From Podarcis filfolensis (Eukaryota): DNA of 64,000 bases. The notes beneath the pieces are model-generated. The model ran no database searches, was not told where the DNA came from, and saw only the letters and a program-made list of their open reading frames with translations. The position numbers and the translations under genes were made by a program. Positions within the stretch are counted from its first letter, which is position 1. Each line of letters starts with the position of its first letter. Positions 22,092-35,294 of the stretch are shown one piece after another. The stretch lies in NCBI GenBank assembly GCA_964270895.1, contig OZ185446.1; one strand, given 5' to 3'.

Positions 22092-22283
22092 AGGGCCACC
22101 CAACTCATGAGGTAGGGTGAGTCGACTGCCTCAGGTGGTGGGATCCGCACGGGGGTTGCAGATCCCGATATAGATCTTCGTTGCCTCCTTGTTGCCAATG
22201 TAAATCTTCACTCACCCCTTCTTCCCTGCCTGGCACCATTTTGTGGTTCGCCTCAGGTGCCCAAATGTCTTGTTACAGTGCTG
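22092..22283. mobile_element. Degenerate hAT-type MITE (TGCCTCAGG family)
   Basis: Left arm 'ATGAGGTAGGGTGAGTCGACTGCCTCAGG' and right arm 'GCCTCAGGTGCCCAAATGTCTTG'. Confidence 0.55.
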
Positions 22284-24715
22284 GAAAGGGCAGACAAAAA
22301 TGATATTTCATTGAGAAATGCATTGGAAAAGATTAAAAGTGTGTATTTTATGTAAAACAAAAAAGAGGAGCACAACATGCATACAAAGTGTGTACAATGG
22401 GATGGGACGGGACACTGGGAGGTGGCACACCTCTACGACTGTCAGTGAGCGTGAAGCAGGATGGAATTCACTGCTCAGCCCATCCCTAGTCATAATGTGT
22501 AGGGCAATCTCTTCTCTGTTCATGCCCCAATTTGAGAGTAAAATAATTAATCATTGGGTCCTGTGTAGTTCTGGAGAAAGACAGAAGAACCATCGCCAAG
22601 GCCACTTTCACACCTTCCTCCAAAAAATCCTGGGAGCTATAGTTTGTTAAGGATGCTGAGAGCTGCTACGAGACCCCTATTTCACCTCCCAGGGCTACAG
22701 TGGCAGACTGGGCTAACAATCAATCCCTATTCACAGGGAACCAGAACAAGGGGCCCACTATGCACATAGAAAGGAGCCTCAGTGCGTTCTGACTGAAGTC
22801 CTAGAGGCCTGTCCTTCTGGAGGCTGCCTTGGCTTTTGAAGGGAACCTGGGGTACTTAGGAGGTGCCTCTGTCTTGCACACTTTCTTCTAGACCTGCGTG
22901 TAAACGGTATTTCAAAATTCTATAGGCAAAAGAATTGTGGGAACTTCCTCACCCCAGGGTGAGAAGAGAAATTCTCCAACACTTTCATTGGTGAGGGGGA
23001 GCCAGCCATTGTGAGTAGTAGTACCATAGCTTCGTTCTCTCCCCCACTCTGACACAAGGAATTATTGGAAGCGTCGGAGCAGTGTAGTAAACAGGACTGG
23101 AGCCCAGTGATCCCAGTTTCGAAGAGAAACTCCTTCTTCAGTCTGTTAAGTCAACAAGGTCCCACATTGGGTACAAGTTGAGGCAACTGCTGTGTACTGG
23201 CTAGCAGAGTCCCTTGTGTTGGAGATAATGAAAACATATCATTTACTGTAATATTGTACTTAGTATGATGATTCTGGAGTACTGCTTGTATGCACTGTAT
23301 GTATTGTAATAGCGGGTACATTGTGACAAATACATTCGTTGTACTTTGCTTGCCATATATTGTGTCTTTGTATGTTGGCCTGAACCCCTGGTTTTTTCTA
23401 CTTGTGTATGTTCCTCCCATAACTGCCAGAGTTGGTTATATGCACTGGTATTTTCAGACCTGTGGGGAAGACTAATGGGGTTTATATCCTCTGCATTTCT
23501 CCCTCCTCTAAGAAGTCCCACTCCTGTGCTGCTGTGGGCTCTGCAACTGGTTCCCTTCAAACTCTTCATATTGTTGGATGGGCTGGCCACATCTTCCTGA
23601 AGTGGTAATCCTTTGGGCATGGAGAGCAGTGCAGAAAATATTTTTTGAAGGTGAGAGGATTTGGGATGGTGCATTAGCTGTAGTGGTTGTCCAATCAGGA
23701 GGGCTTTGGGAGTAATAGCACCATGATACATTCTGGTTTCTATGAACCATAATGGATCAGATTGGATCATTCTGCTCTCCACCAGAAAACTTTAAGGACT
23801 TGAATGACTTGGTTCCATTACTTCTTAATTCCTAGCATAGATATTGTATGATACATCATTAGAACATTTTGCTCCCTTTGCATTATTTAGATGGGTTGTA
23901 ATTCTAGCATTAGCTTAGATCTCAGTAGGATTTTGTTGGAAAATAAGTCTTTATTGATCTTCTTACTGTCATGTACACTAAGGCAGCCAATTCTTCTCCT
24001 GATGTATTTCTACGTTCTAAAAGGCTTAGATCTAAATCTGTAGAGTCTCAGTTGTTTTTCATTAAGACATTTTTCATTGTCTTAATAACCTTCATGGCCA
24101 TACTTTATTCTTTTTTAGCTTTTCTGCTGAAGAAGTGAGCATAATCAGACTGGTACGAGTGGGAGAATTTGCACTTCTGAATACAGGGTGTACTGTCACC
24201 ACCGACCATTATTGCTTCAGTGTCTCACACCATTCAAAAAAGGGCTGTTCACACATTACACTGAACACACATACAGCGTGCTTATACAAGTGTCTGTGTG
24301 AAATAATATATGCATGTTCTTGTCCCCTTAAATAAACTGGTGTTTCCATCAAATGCAGCTAGTGATAGAGGAGAAATTTGTCCTATTCACTTGATGTGTT
24401 TTGGGTAGATCATGACCTGGATCAGATCAATGGTCCACTTTATAATCTGCAGTCCAGCAGATTCCATTGCAAGGTTGATCACATTCACACCATACATTTA
24501 AAGCCCTATGGTACTACTTTAATCTGCCACAGCTTCTCCCAAATAATTCTGGGGAAGGTCATAACTGTTTAAAATGGTATCATAGCGAGAGTTGTGTGCT
24601 ACCTCCATCCTCTCACCTCAATTTTGTTCCTTAAAACTTCTGCAATATCATATCCAGCCACTCACAGCCTGAGTGACTAGCACATAGGACAACTTGCTGC
24701 TAGGCGCCTTGAGTG

Positions 24716-25167
24716 TGTCAGGAGCTCGTCCTACACTCGAGTAGGACCCTGGCAGAGACACATGCCCAACTGGCATGTTCTCTCCCTCCTGGTCAATCAT
24801 TCAGGAGCTTCAAAAGCTTTCTTCAGCCCGAACATCACAGCGACCGATGCTAACAGATTTTGGCACACTTAGAGATCTGCAGAGTGTTCACAGTTTGAGT
24901 AACAGACCTTAGCAACTCAGCATTTTGGCTAATCTACTTTATTTACATATAAACACACACAAAGCACTGCAACATGGCTCCCTCTCTCTCTAGCATCAGA
25001 CAGCAAAGAGAATGAACAAAGGACAATAGTCCCACTTCATGGAACACAGTAACGCGAACATTCTGTCTCCTTCACTTCCCACTCGTGAGGTCAAACATAC
25101 ACCATCATGTGATAGACAACAATCCCATGACTACAATCCCATGACTACATGAAGAAAATCCTTCTTG
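24716..25167 (-). mobile_element. Solo LTR (copy 2, same family as 2891-3329)
   Basis: Reverse-complement similarity to 2891-3329 (e.g. CAGCCCGAACATCACAGCGAC vs GTCGCTGTGACGTTCGGGCTG). GAGTG flanks both sides; the right end is degraded. Confidence 0.75.
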
Positions 25168-26364
25168 GAGTGATGGGGCTTATTTTGCTCTCAGGGGGAA
25201 TTGAACAGTAAAACCATGGCTGCTTCCATTGTCTATACCAGATTCTGGAGGATCAGACAACTTTGTGATTCATGAGCTCATTTTGTGTGTGGCAGTGTTA
25301 TGGGACGCAGAAACCAAACCTATGTAAAACACAATAACGGGCATAATCCAAATATGGTCTGAAAAATCTTGCCATGGCTTCCAGTCATCAATCAGTTATG
25401 TGCCATTTATTGAGTTCAGTTGGCTTTAAGTGGACCCAACTTATTCAATAGGAAATTTATCCGGATTTCATGTTAGCTGCCCTCTTAAACAAGTTCATAA
25501 AACCTTACAGGGCTTTAAGGTATGCCGTTAATTGTCACTTCTATGTTTGCTGTCATTTTCATCAAGCATCATTCACAAAAATAGAGGATGTGGTGCAAAA
25601 CACTGAAAGGTTGACCATGCAATAGAACATCACATTGGGAATGCTTTGTCAAAAAAATAAGATTACTCTCCAAAGGTGAGGCTCATCTGGATTTTTTTTC
25701 CACTTGCAAAAGCTGGAAGGCAACTTTTAGATCACACTGGGACAAAACATATTGGCCAGTGATGAATTTCCACAGGGTTTATTTTTCATGGCACCAGGTG
25801 CATTTCAGGGGGGAATATTCTTTAGTCTGAAAGAGCAGTATTCACCTAGATAAACAAACCTTTCTGTGCATCCATCCTGCTGCACTCTTGACAAAGTGCT
25901 TGCCAAAGGAGAGGGATTGCACCACAACAGTGCAGATATTTATTTGAAGGGGCTCACAATTTGCTGCACTATGCTCCATGCGTAAGAACCTAAGGCGAGC
26001 CTTGCTTGATCCGACCAAAGGCTATCTAGTACAGGATCTTGTTATCACAATGCCCAATCTGATGTTTGTGGTAAGCTCGCAAGCAGGAAAAGTGCTTTGG
26101 CAAGGAGCAGGAGAATTTGCCTTTGCCTACCATGACATGGCCCTGTCTCTTGACAGAGGTCTCACGAGACCCAGGCTCAAGTCCCTTGAGCGTTTATGTA
26201 ATCAAGGTCTGAAGCCTTCTGCAAGGAGAGTGACCGCTTACGGTACATATCACTAATAATGAGAGGAAATCCATCACTCCCCCCTCCAAAACAAACAAAA
26301 CACACACACAAAAAACTAGGCAGAAGAGGAAACACATTTACATAAGAATCTTATGTAGTAAGTT

Positions 26365-26796
26365 CAGGGCCGGATTTAGGTTTGATGAGGCCCTAAGCTA
26401 CTGAAGGTAATGGGGCCCTTTACATGTCCAGCTGTCCTTTGTAAGCAACACATTGTCACTGTTTTTTGTGTTGAATATATGCTATAAGGCAATTTATGGA
26501 CCTAATAGGTATCTAAAGCCATGTGCACATGCAGAATGTACAGTAGGCACCCTATATATAGAAATGAGCAAACCAGTGATATTTTAGGGAGCAGGCTAGC
26601 AGGCGGGGCCCATTACTTACATCATAGGAGCCTATGCAACACAAAACGCTGTTGCTGTATGTAGGTTTTATTTTTATTTTTTATCTTATATTTTGGAAAT
26701 GTACATCCAGTTTTATTTTCTTTGAATTTTTTGGGGACCCCCGAGAGTGGGGCCCTAAGCTATACCCTGTTTAGCTTACACGTAAATCTGACACTA
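26365..26796 (-). mobile_element. hAT-type MITE (family X)
   Basis: TIR CAGGGCCGGATTTA, perfect 8-bp TSD AGTAAGTT. Confidence 0.92.
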
Positions 26797-28669
26797 AGTA
26801 AGTTATATGTACAGGTGCTATAATTCAAACAGAAATATGAAACATCTGACCATTGCACATGGTGAAACTGCTCCATTTTGAGTGGGACACCCAGGATTTA
26901 CAGAAGCCACCCCAGATTCTGGTGCCAATCCTGGATGTCCCGTTTTGGATTCCTCTGCTTCCATCTCTCCAGTGCTTCTGCCACCTCCACTGCCACTGCC
27001 AACACCATGGCCACCAATGTACTTCTGGAAGCTGATGCCACACTTGCCCAGGAACCAAAAGAGGGTGGAACCAAAAAGACTGAGGTTTTTTAGTGCTGCA
27101 CTCTCCTATTCCTCCGGCGCTGCTTCAAGAAGTACATGTATGTGTGTGACATGTGTGCATGTGCATGTGTGTATGACAGTGGTGGGGAAAGGTGGCCGGT
27201 GGTGTGATGGTGTGGGGTTGGAGAGGTTGTGTCCTGATTTGCCCTCCCAAGATGTTGGAAGGTATGCAATTGTGTTCAGTCTGATATCCACTTATTGGGT
27301 GATTTCGAGCCTCTGCTCTTCCTTCTTGTGGTTCTTTTACCTTTAAAGTGGATTTAGTCCCAAAAGGCTTCAAACAGAAGAGCATTTCAAGAACAGAACT
27401 GCCCTCTGACAGGCTTTCAGAGTACCGCCCTCTGTAAAGTAGGACCCATGGCCACTCTTATCCTTAAGCATTAGGCTTTGGCCTAGACCTACTTCTCTGT
27501 TTTTGACCCCAGCAACTGCTCCCTCCCAATGAAGACAGAGAGCAGGAGCCCGACCTCAGAGAAAAGCAGAGTTTAAATATTCCTGAAGGCCACATGTCAT
27601 CACTTCAGACCATTTAAGGCTTCTGTAATGCCACTCAGAAGTAAAATAACTACCTCTCCTGAAGTGCCATTCCATTAGAGAGCAAGCAAGCATCAGTAGT
27701 GAGATAAATGAGAGTACAGAAAATTGATTTTATACTCTGGTTGTAAGTGTGGTCAAATTTTTTTAGGCCAGTGCATCAAAGAGGATTTTTAAGTTTTTGC
27801 AGTGGCTGAAAAACAAACAGTAACATAATATATACGCTTAAATAAATGCAATTTAATATATATATTGATTTGGTTTTTGCCGAGTTTATATTAAAATAGC
27901 CATTAGCTTCCTTTTCATTTCTTCCCTTCTCTTTCAGCCATATACTTGTAAGAAAGTAGAATCGCTGCTACCTCTTTTCTGCAAAAATACCTCCCAATGG
28001 CTTTATCATGTAGCAAAACCTCTCACGGCTTGATACTTGTGTGCGTCAGGCAAATAGTTGAACATATTCACTGCTACTGAGGAGATTGTAGGGACCTGGA
28101 GACAGAAGGATACAAGATTTCATGATATTTCAACTTAATTAAGTTCTCCTGCAGGCCTGTTTGCATACTGAGAGGCAAAGAGCTCTCTGGTTTTGAACAA
28201 GACATGTGCATTGCAAAATCCTGATTCGATTGCACCAGGTTTTCTTTTTCCTGCCATGCTAAGTCAATGTTTAATTGCCAACCTTTCCCTTCTTATTTTC
28301 AGATCGGCCTGCTTTGGATTCTTGCCTTACTGATGCTGGTTGAGCAGCGGTACTGCTCAGTTGGGACGACTCATTTCTTTTCAGGTGTTTCAGATCTTCT
28401 CATGGTTGAGTAAGGGCAAGGATGATTAATGCAACATCCTATTACTCTCCCTTCCTTGTCGCGTTAAATAGTCTCCAAGGTAAGTAGACAGCAGGACGGT
28501 GACATTTTGAACAGCCTCAGCGCTCTCTTGGCAGCTTAACGAGAGCACTTTGGCCATTATTTCCCCCCTCCCACTTAGAAATTAAGAGAAGAATCCTCAA
28601 CAACACTGGCAAAGCATCACAAACACATTAACATGCCAAGGCTAATGTCACCCAGTATGGCTGTTCAGA

Positions 28670-28837
28670 CAGTGGCGTAGCGTGGGTTGTCAGCACCCAG
28701 GGCAAGGCAAGTAATTTGCGCCCCCTAACCCGTGGATTTGCACCCCCTAACCCGTGGATTTGCGCCCCCTAACCCTAACCCCCAGATGTTGCGCCCGGTG
28801 CGGCCGGCCCCCCCTGCACCCCCACGCTACGCCACTG
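28670..28837 (-). mobile_element. hAT-type MITE with CCCTAA-containing internal repeats
   Basis: Reverse of 14452-14608, with a perfect 8-bp TSD TGTTCAGA. Confidence 0.92.
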
Positions 28838-29699
28838 TGTTCAGATAAATCAGTATTTCAGGGCTGAGTCACAAAAATCTTGAGTCCATTTCTGATTGTT
28901 GTTGTTGTTATTATTATTAATTTTTTCATGGGCAAACCAGAGTCTGGGGTGAGAAAATGATACAATTATGTGTCTGGCCATGGACCAAATGGGCCAAATC
29001 CTTAGCTCATGTGAAGGAAGCCAATTTGCTGATTTAGAAGTGTCCATATGCTTTTCTCTAAATTACTTCTGTGTTAGTAAAGTCACTTAAATAACAAAGG
29101 TGGAGTCCAAAGAGAACAGTCTTGATAACATTTTAATGAGGAAGCTGAACAAACGAGTGTATAATTTGAGGAGAAATAAATAGCGAGGTTTTGTCTAACT
29201 TAGGCCTTGGCTATAGCAGGGAGACATTCGGCCAAGCATACAGAGGAAAGCTCCCTCAGAACTGTGCAGCTACTCAGAGCACATGCTACCTCAGTGAAGA
29301 TCATGCCACTCTGCCTGGTTGCAAAGCAACATCTCCACTTACTGATAACTGCATTAAACCTTAAGTTACACACTGAATGATCTCTGCTGTTACACTTCTA
29401 GTACTGGGGATGGGGACGGCTGAAAATATGAACACAAATACTGGTACTTAAAAATTCACATTAGTATAAGTGAAGTAAGGTGAAAGGCAACAGAGAAAAG
29501 AATTCATCTCTTATTTTCTGGACCAGTGTGGTCCTTTTAAAGGCTATTATGGAACATGGCAGGGATTGTGGCCTTTTAGGTGTCATTGGGTTGAAATTCC
29601 CATCATCACTGACCATTGCACATGCTAGCTAGGACTGATGGGAGCTTGGAGTGTACAGACATCTAGGGGAGCACAGTTTCTCTATCCCTGGGGTAGTCA

Positions 29700-29880
29700 T
29701 TGCGGATGTGGCTGAGGACAAAGGAAACTCAAGTTCAAATCCCAATGCAGCCATGAAACTCACTGGGCATCTTCGAGCTTGCCACTTTCTCTCAGCCTAG
29801 CCTCATCTCAGAGATTGACTGTGAGGGTGAAACTGGGGAGAGCCTTGGACTCCACTTTCAACTCCTTGAAGAAAACACAT
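29700..29880 (+). mobile_element. Old CORE/MIR-like SINE
   Basis: 'AGTTCAAATCCCAATGCAGCCATGAAACTCACTGGG...TCTCTCAGCCTAGCCTC...GTGAGGGTGAAA', a CORE-like body. Confidence 0.6.
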
Positions 29881-31028
29881 AAAATAAACCCATGATTTTT
29901 TCAGACCTATAGAAAATTAAGGTTGGGGGAAAACACAGGCACCATGCAGAATAGTGGAGCTAATGGTGCAGGAGACAATATGTTCTACCCAAGGCAAAGT
30001 GGTTGGTATTATGGACCAATGTGTATGTGTGTATGTGGGGTATATTTAGATCATGAAAGGGAAATAGGAAGTATGTGGTAATAAGTCAGGGTTGTCATAT
30101 TAATTGTGCAGAATTTTATGCTGGAATGGTTTCATGGGAGGTGATGCTGTTGGTTTCGTTCCAAACAGCAAACACTGCAAAATTTTGTGGCATCCCTGAA
30201 ATAAACCTCTGAAACTTTTCAATATGTATAATGCGTATGCAAGTGAATCTATTAAAATGATTAGGGAGAAGCAATAATTTTGAAATGAGAATGAACATCT
30301 GGGTTGGTTTTGCTGCCCATTCTGTTTCTATGGGTATATTGCTCTTGGGTAGGGGGGAACGTTACAAAATCCTGACATTGCTGTTTGCCTGATTACAGTA
30401 TGACCTGCAGATTTACTAGCTTTTGTCAGACCTGACAGATAATTATAACGTTCCAGCTCACATAATAGGGTGTTAGAAATATAGTCTTATTTAATGCCTT
30501 GTGTTTTTTAAGCTTTATTTTGTACAGTACAATCGTAACAAAATGCATCGCTAGGACCTTGCTTTTATTCTTCGGATGCTTGAACTCTAGAGACAATATA
30601 TACATTGTCAATGTGTACCCAAGAGACTTTTTTTTGGGGGGGGGGTTGGAATTTGACACTGGAAAATGCTCCTAAATATTTCCCCAGATGGATTCCATTC
30701 CTCATCTTTTAGGTATAGCCCTGGTTTCACCTGCTTGGCAAAAATAATACATGGGCCTGAGCAAGTAGGATGGTTGGCCAGGGCCTCAACAGAAGAACCA
30801 GTCATATCATCTGGGGGGAAAACCCAGAGCCTTCTGAAAACCCATTGGATCCATCATCCTCCAAGGGCAGACTATCTCAATAGATCCCCCACCTCTGCAG
30901 AGGGGGAAAGGTGCTCAAAGCCTATAACTCAACAGAAAGTGATAGAACCATGACAAGGGGCTGGTGTCAATATCCTCCTATGTTCAGATCACCCTCTTTC
31001 TTCCCTGTTGAGAAAACAAGGTCCAGAG

Positions 31029-31447
31029 TGTGACCAGCAACATGCGTTGTGGAAAAGAGAAGGCATTCAGACAAGACCATTGTATGGGTTAAAGTTAGGC
31101 CACAACTTTATTGATTGCAGCAGATGGATGGGTTTGGCATTGCAGAAGGCAAGGATCCTGATCTGAACAGCTCCACCTTCTGTTTGAAGACATGCCCAGC
31201 CCATCTGCTGGAGCACCATAAGTTGGTAGTCCTGCCCAATGCCATTCGTCTTCCACTGTTGTGACAGCCCTAACAATAGCAAATTGTTCTTGTTGAGAGA
31301 AAGGTGGGCACCTTGTGACCAGTAGCTAATTGTGTTTGGGAGTAAAATTCCTTTCTGGACCTGGCAATCCGGCAACCAACAAAGTCCTCAGCATAACCCT
31401 TTAATGGAGACGGTTGGGGTTTGGATTAAGACTGGGTCTTGTGATCA
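31029..31447 (-). mobile_element. Solo-LTR-like remnant
   Basis: The minus strand reads AATAAAGTTGTGGCC...GGTCACA, an LTR-style R/U5 end. The 5' boundary is uncertain and no TSD was found. Confidence 0.5.
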
Positions 31448-31647
31448 GCAATGCTTCTATATGTAGTGCCATACCAATCTCTGAGAGACCTCACAAGACC
31501 ACACAAGCTCCCAGGAAGTCTCATGTGTCCACGTGGGCCAATGGGAAGTCCTGCAAGACCTGGCTTCCTCTGCCTGGGACCTTGCACAGTCCACACAAAG
31601 TGGTCCTTACTGGGGAAGTGTTGTGGCAGAACACGAATAAGAATAAG

Positions 31648-31783
31648 CAGGGCTTTTTTTGAGCTGGAACTTGACGGAACTCAGTTTCGGTACCTCTCAG
31701 TTGGGCTCCATTACCATTATAAGAGAACAAGGGAGGCATTCATGATGAGTTCCGGCACCTCTTTTTCTAGAAAAATAGCACTG
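31648..31783 (+). mobile_element. hAT-type MITE (~135 bp family)
   Basis: TIR CAGGGCTTTTTT / AAAAATAGCACTG, perfect TSD AGAATAAG. Sister copy at 49262-49394. Confidence 0.9.
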
Positions 31784-32758
31784 AGAATAAGAATATGTGA
31801 GGGGGAATTCACAAAGATATCCTTGGAATGAAAATTGGGGTTTTTCAATTTTGTATCTGTTTTCATCTGGGAAACATTGATGGGTACATGCACACCCTTA
31901 GTTTCAATTTTACTTTCTTTAATGCACATTGTTTTGTTATGTTTCTATTGGCATTATATACTGCCCTCCTCTTTTAATGTGCTGTTATTGACATTTTGTT
32001 TTGTGGCGTTCAGTATAAGGGTTTCTTGCAAATTACAGTCTTTTAGATAATATATTTCTGGCCAATGCAAACTGCAAGAAGGAGTTTTATTGATCAGAGC
32101 CTGCAAACCACATTGACTAAAAATGTCATCAATTAAACTCAGATTATAGTGCAGTCTTGCTGAACAATAAGCATTGGTAACATCTCAGTAAGAGAATGGT
32201 TTAGGGTTGGATTTGGGGGGGGGGGAACACCCTCTGTTCCTCCCATATCTGTGTCATTTGCTGATAATGACTCTCCACTGTTATTGACAATAATGCCACA
32301 CTAATGAACATATAGCCTTCGCTCACTCTAAAAACATACATTAAGTGGTTTAAATTGTGCATGTGGGTCAGCACAATTACTGCATCATATCATCAGCCCT
32401 TGAAAATTTATGAAATCATGAACTCTTGATATTGGTCCACAGCATGCTTGGAAAAGGCTCTGAAATACAAGATAATTAACATCCATTGGTGAAAAGGCCC
32501 AAGTGTAATAAGGTAGATACTATGTGGCAAAAGCATAAATCTGGTTTATAAATAGGTTCAGCATTCCTAATCTATAGAATATGGCAGCTATTTGCAGTGG
32601 GGAGTGCAGGGAGGAGAGAGAAATGGGTGCAACACTTGTGGGGTTAATCAGCCCTTTAAGATTCCACCCAGACACTATTTCCAATGGCTGAATCCTGGCT
32701 GTGTCCGGGAAATTCAGGACATATGGCAACCCTATCCTGAAACAAGTCAGGTCAGTAT

Positions 32759-33545
32759 CAGTGCCGGATTTATGTATAAGCTAAACAAGCTATAGCTTAG
32801 GGCCCCACTCTCTTGCCACCCCCCAAAAAAAAAATTAAAGGGAAAAAAACCCTGGATGTACATTTCCAAAATATAAGAGAAAAAACAAATAAAATAAAAC
32901 CTATATACAGCAACAGTGTTTTGTGTTGTGTAGGTTCCTATGATGTAAGTGTTGGGATACTGCCAGGGAGACAAAGGCCATCATGACCCCACGCCATCTC
33001 TGGATGATCCATCGATCTCCCGTAGATACAGTATCAGTCAATTAGCGACACGAGCCTCAGAAATAACATGCCACATTCCAAGGCTGGTGCACGCTCTTTC
33101 AGCAGAGTTCGTACAACGAAAGATGCACCCAGGAGAGCATTATTTACAACTTTATTCAGCGTTGGTCAGAACAAAGAAAAAACATGACTGCCTGCTTCGA
33201 TGTCTCAGGCATAGAGAGAGAAACGAAAGCAATGTACGAAACATAAACTTCCTGTGAACAGGAAATAGGCAGGCTGTGACACATCAACCTGCTCCCTTCT
33301 TAAGGTGGAACGGAAATATCCTAACAGTAAGTAATGGGCCCCGCCTGCTAGCCTGCTCCCTAAAATATCACTGGTTTGCTCATTTCTATATATAGGTTGC
33401 CTACATTCTGCATGGACTGGTTGCATGGCATATATTCAGCACACACAAAAATGACAATTTGTTGCTGACAAAGGACAGCTGGACACATAAAGGGCCCTAT
33501 TACCTTCAGTAGCTTAGGGCCTCATCAAACCTAAATCTGGCCCTG
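32759..33545 (+). mobile_element. hAT-type MITE (family X) containing a nested solo LTR
   Basis: TIR CAGTGCCGGATTTA / TAAATCTGGCCCTG, TSD GTCAGTAT/GTCAGGAT (7/8). Confidence 0.9.
32950..33326 (-). mobile_element. Young CpG-rich solo LTR, 377 bp
   Basis: TGTTGGGA...TCCTAACA inverted ends, 5-bp TSD GTAAG, AATAAA on the minus strand. Absent from the sister MITE at 26365-26796. Confidence 0.85.
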
Positions 33546-34689
33546 GTCAGGATACTTAAGGACCACCTCCTCCCATGCCATCCTGTATGCTGTAAATCAT
33601 TCTGAGACTTGCTTTTGCAGCAGAAGAGCACAATGTACCTGCAGTAATAATGCTTGTGATGATCATATAAACAGAATAATGACAACCAGAGTGAAGTGGC
33701 TGAGCTACACTACTAAGTAGGCGTAGGTCAATAGCTCTCTCCATGATCTGCTCTGCTCTGTAGTTCTCTTTGGGGAGCCAACTGACATCCCTATGTTTCC
33801 TCTTCATACGGATCATACAACATGTGTCCCAACTACCCCCTTAACTATGGACATATCCTATGTTCTTATCCATGCCCCTGGTAAATCATGATCTGCCCTC
33901 CTGCTTCAAGGACTTTTTTTTATTATGCCTTGCACACACTTTTGCGAACTTCTTTTCCGTCTGCATCTGAATTTTCAGCTATCCTGTAGTAAATACCACA
34001 ACCATGCCCCGTGTGAGTTTAAGCCTTCTGTTAAGCATGTAGGTGGTGCGATCCTGGACACAAGTCTCAGTGGGGCTTTCTTCCAAGGAGGAATGCTGGA
34101 AGCTTTTGTTTGGTTCACATTTGTAAGTGCAGCAGCCTGCACCACAACTCCCGCAGATAGGAATGCAGTTGCCCTTGAGATTTCACAGTTCCCTGAATTT
34201 TGCACTATAGTTATCCGTTAAACAATATAACAAAATCCATAGAAACGTGTGCAGTCCCTAAGGATAAAGCATGTCCACAAATACAAATTTCCATGCTGGT
34301 TTTTTTTTAATCACAGGAATGGGGCAGCAGAATGGATGTATGACTGACTGAACACATGCAAAACTAACACATGCTAGAAGCACCTGTAGAGACATCCCTG
34401 CTCCCGTCTAAGTGTGCATAGGGTTGGAACCTAAAAGGAAAGTTATGGTTAGTTTAATCTCATATCCTGCTTAGCATAGGAAGCCTACTATAAGAGAGGC
34501 TAGTGAAGTATAAACATAGAGAAGGTGCAGTGAGCTGTATATGAGCTTGTGCAGTTATTCTAGTATTCAAAATAGAAACCAGAGCCAGCCCTACCGTTAG
34601 GCAGAATGAAGTGGCTGCGTCAAGTGGCTGATACAGTGGGGTTGGCAATTTCAGTGTTGTGTTGGCAAAGACAGAGTTATGTGTGTCCT

Positions 34690-35116
34690 ACAGCATGCCC
34701 TTCAACTCTCAGCCTGGTAAGCTTTGGTATAGGAACTTAGTGAAAGGAGTACCATGAGTGCCAGGCCCTGAGTGCAGTGAGGAGAACCAAGCCCTTGCTG
34801 TGTTTGTCTTGGGGGAGTCAGGTGTGGCCTGGCAGGTGTGGCCAGATCAGGAGATGTGCAGCACCTGGAGGCAAACCCAAGAGGAGTATATAGGGCCAGC
34901 ATTTTGCCCTGGTTCTTTGCCACAGCAACATGGTTTATATCCTGCTGTTGCCAGTTCCTGCTCCAGTGTGCCTGTCCTTCCTCCAGTTCCTTCTCCTGTT
35001 CCTGTGTTCCAGCCTCATCAAGTTTCCATCTTCCATTGAACTGCTACAATTGTTAGCAACCATACCCTGGTCCTGGCGTGTCAGGTCTTGACTGCAGCCA
35101 CCTACGACCCATGACA
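34690..35116 (+). mobile_element. Solo-LTR-like element
   Basis: TATA-like GTATATAGGG followed by a pyrimidine-rich R/U5-like region ending TGACA. The 5' boundary and TSD are not resolved. Confidence 0.45.
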
Positions 35117-35132
35117 ATTAGGGAGCTGCCTT

Positions 35133-35278
35133 AGAATCATAGAATTGTAGAGTTGGAAGGGACCCTGAGGAGCAGGTAGTCCAACTCTCTGCAATGCAGG
35201 AATATGCAGCTGTCCGATACAGGGATCGAACCTGTGACCTTGGCATTATCAGCACCATGCTCTAACCAACTGAGCTAT
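35133..35278 (-). mobile_element. Squam3-type SINE (tRNA head plus CR1 tail)
   Basis: Minus-strand ATAGCTCAGTTGGTTAGAGCATGGTGCTGATAATGCCAAGGTCACAGGTTCGATCCC head. The 3' end nearly matches the CR1 tail at 8745-8813. Confidence 0.88.
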
Positions 35279-35294
35279 TTTGTTATATAGAGCC

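Noticed and set aside
32949-33257. 102-aa CpG-rich ORF as a possible captured gene or hAT transposase piece
   Set aside because: It lies within the nested solo LTR defined by TG..CA ends and the GTAAG TSD. The ARSFSRV similarity to the hAT dimerisation motif is too weak.
35225-35278. tRNA-like sequence
   Set aside because: It is a SINE head fused to a CR1 tail, not a tRNA gene. The same applies to the other SINE heads.
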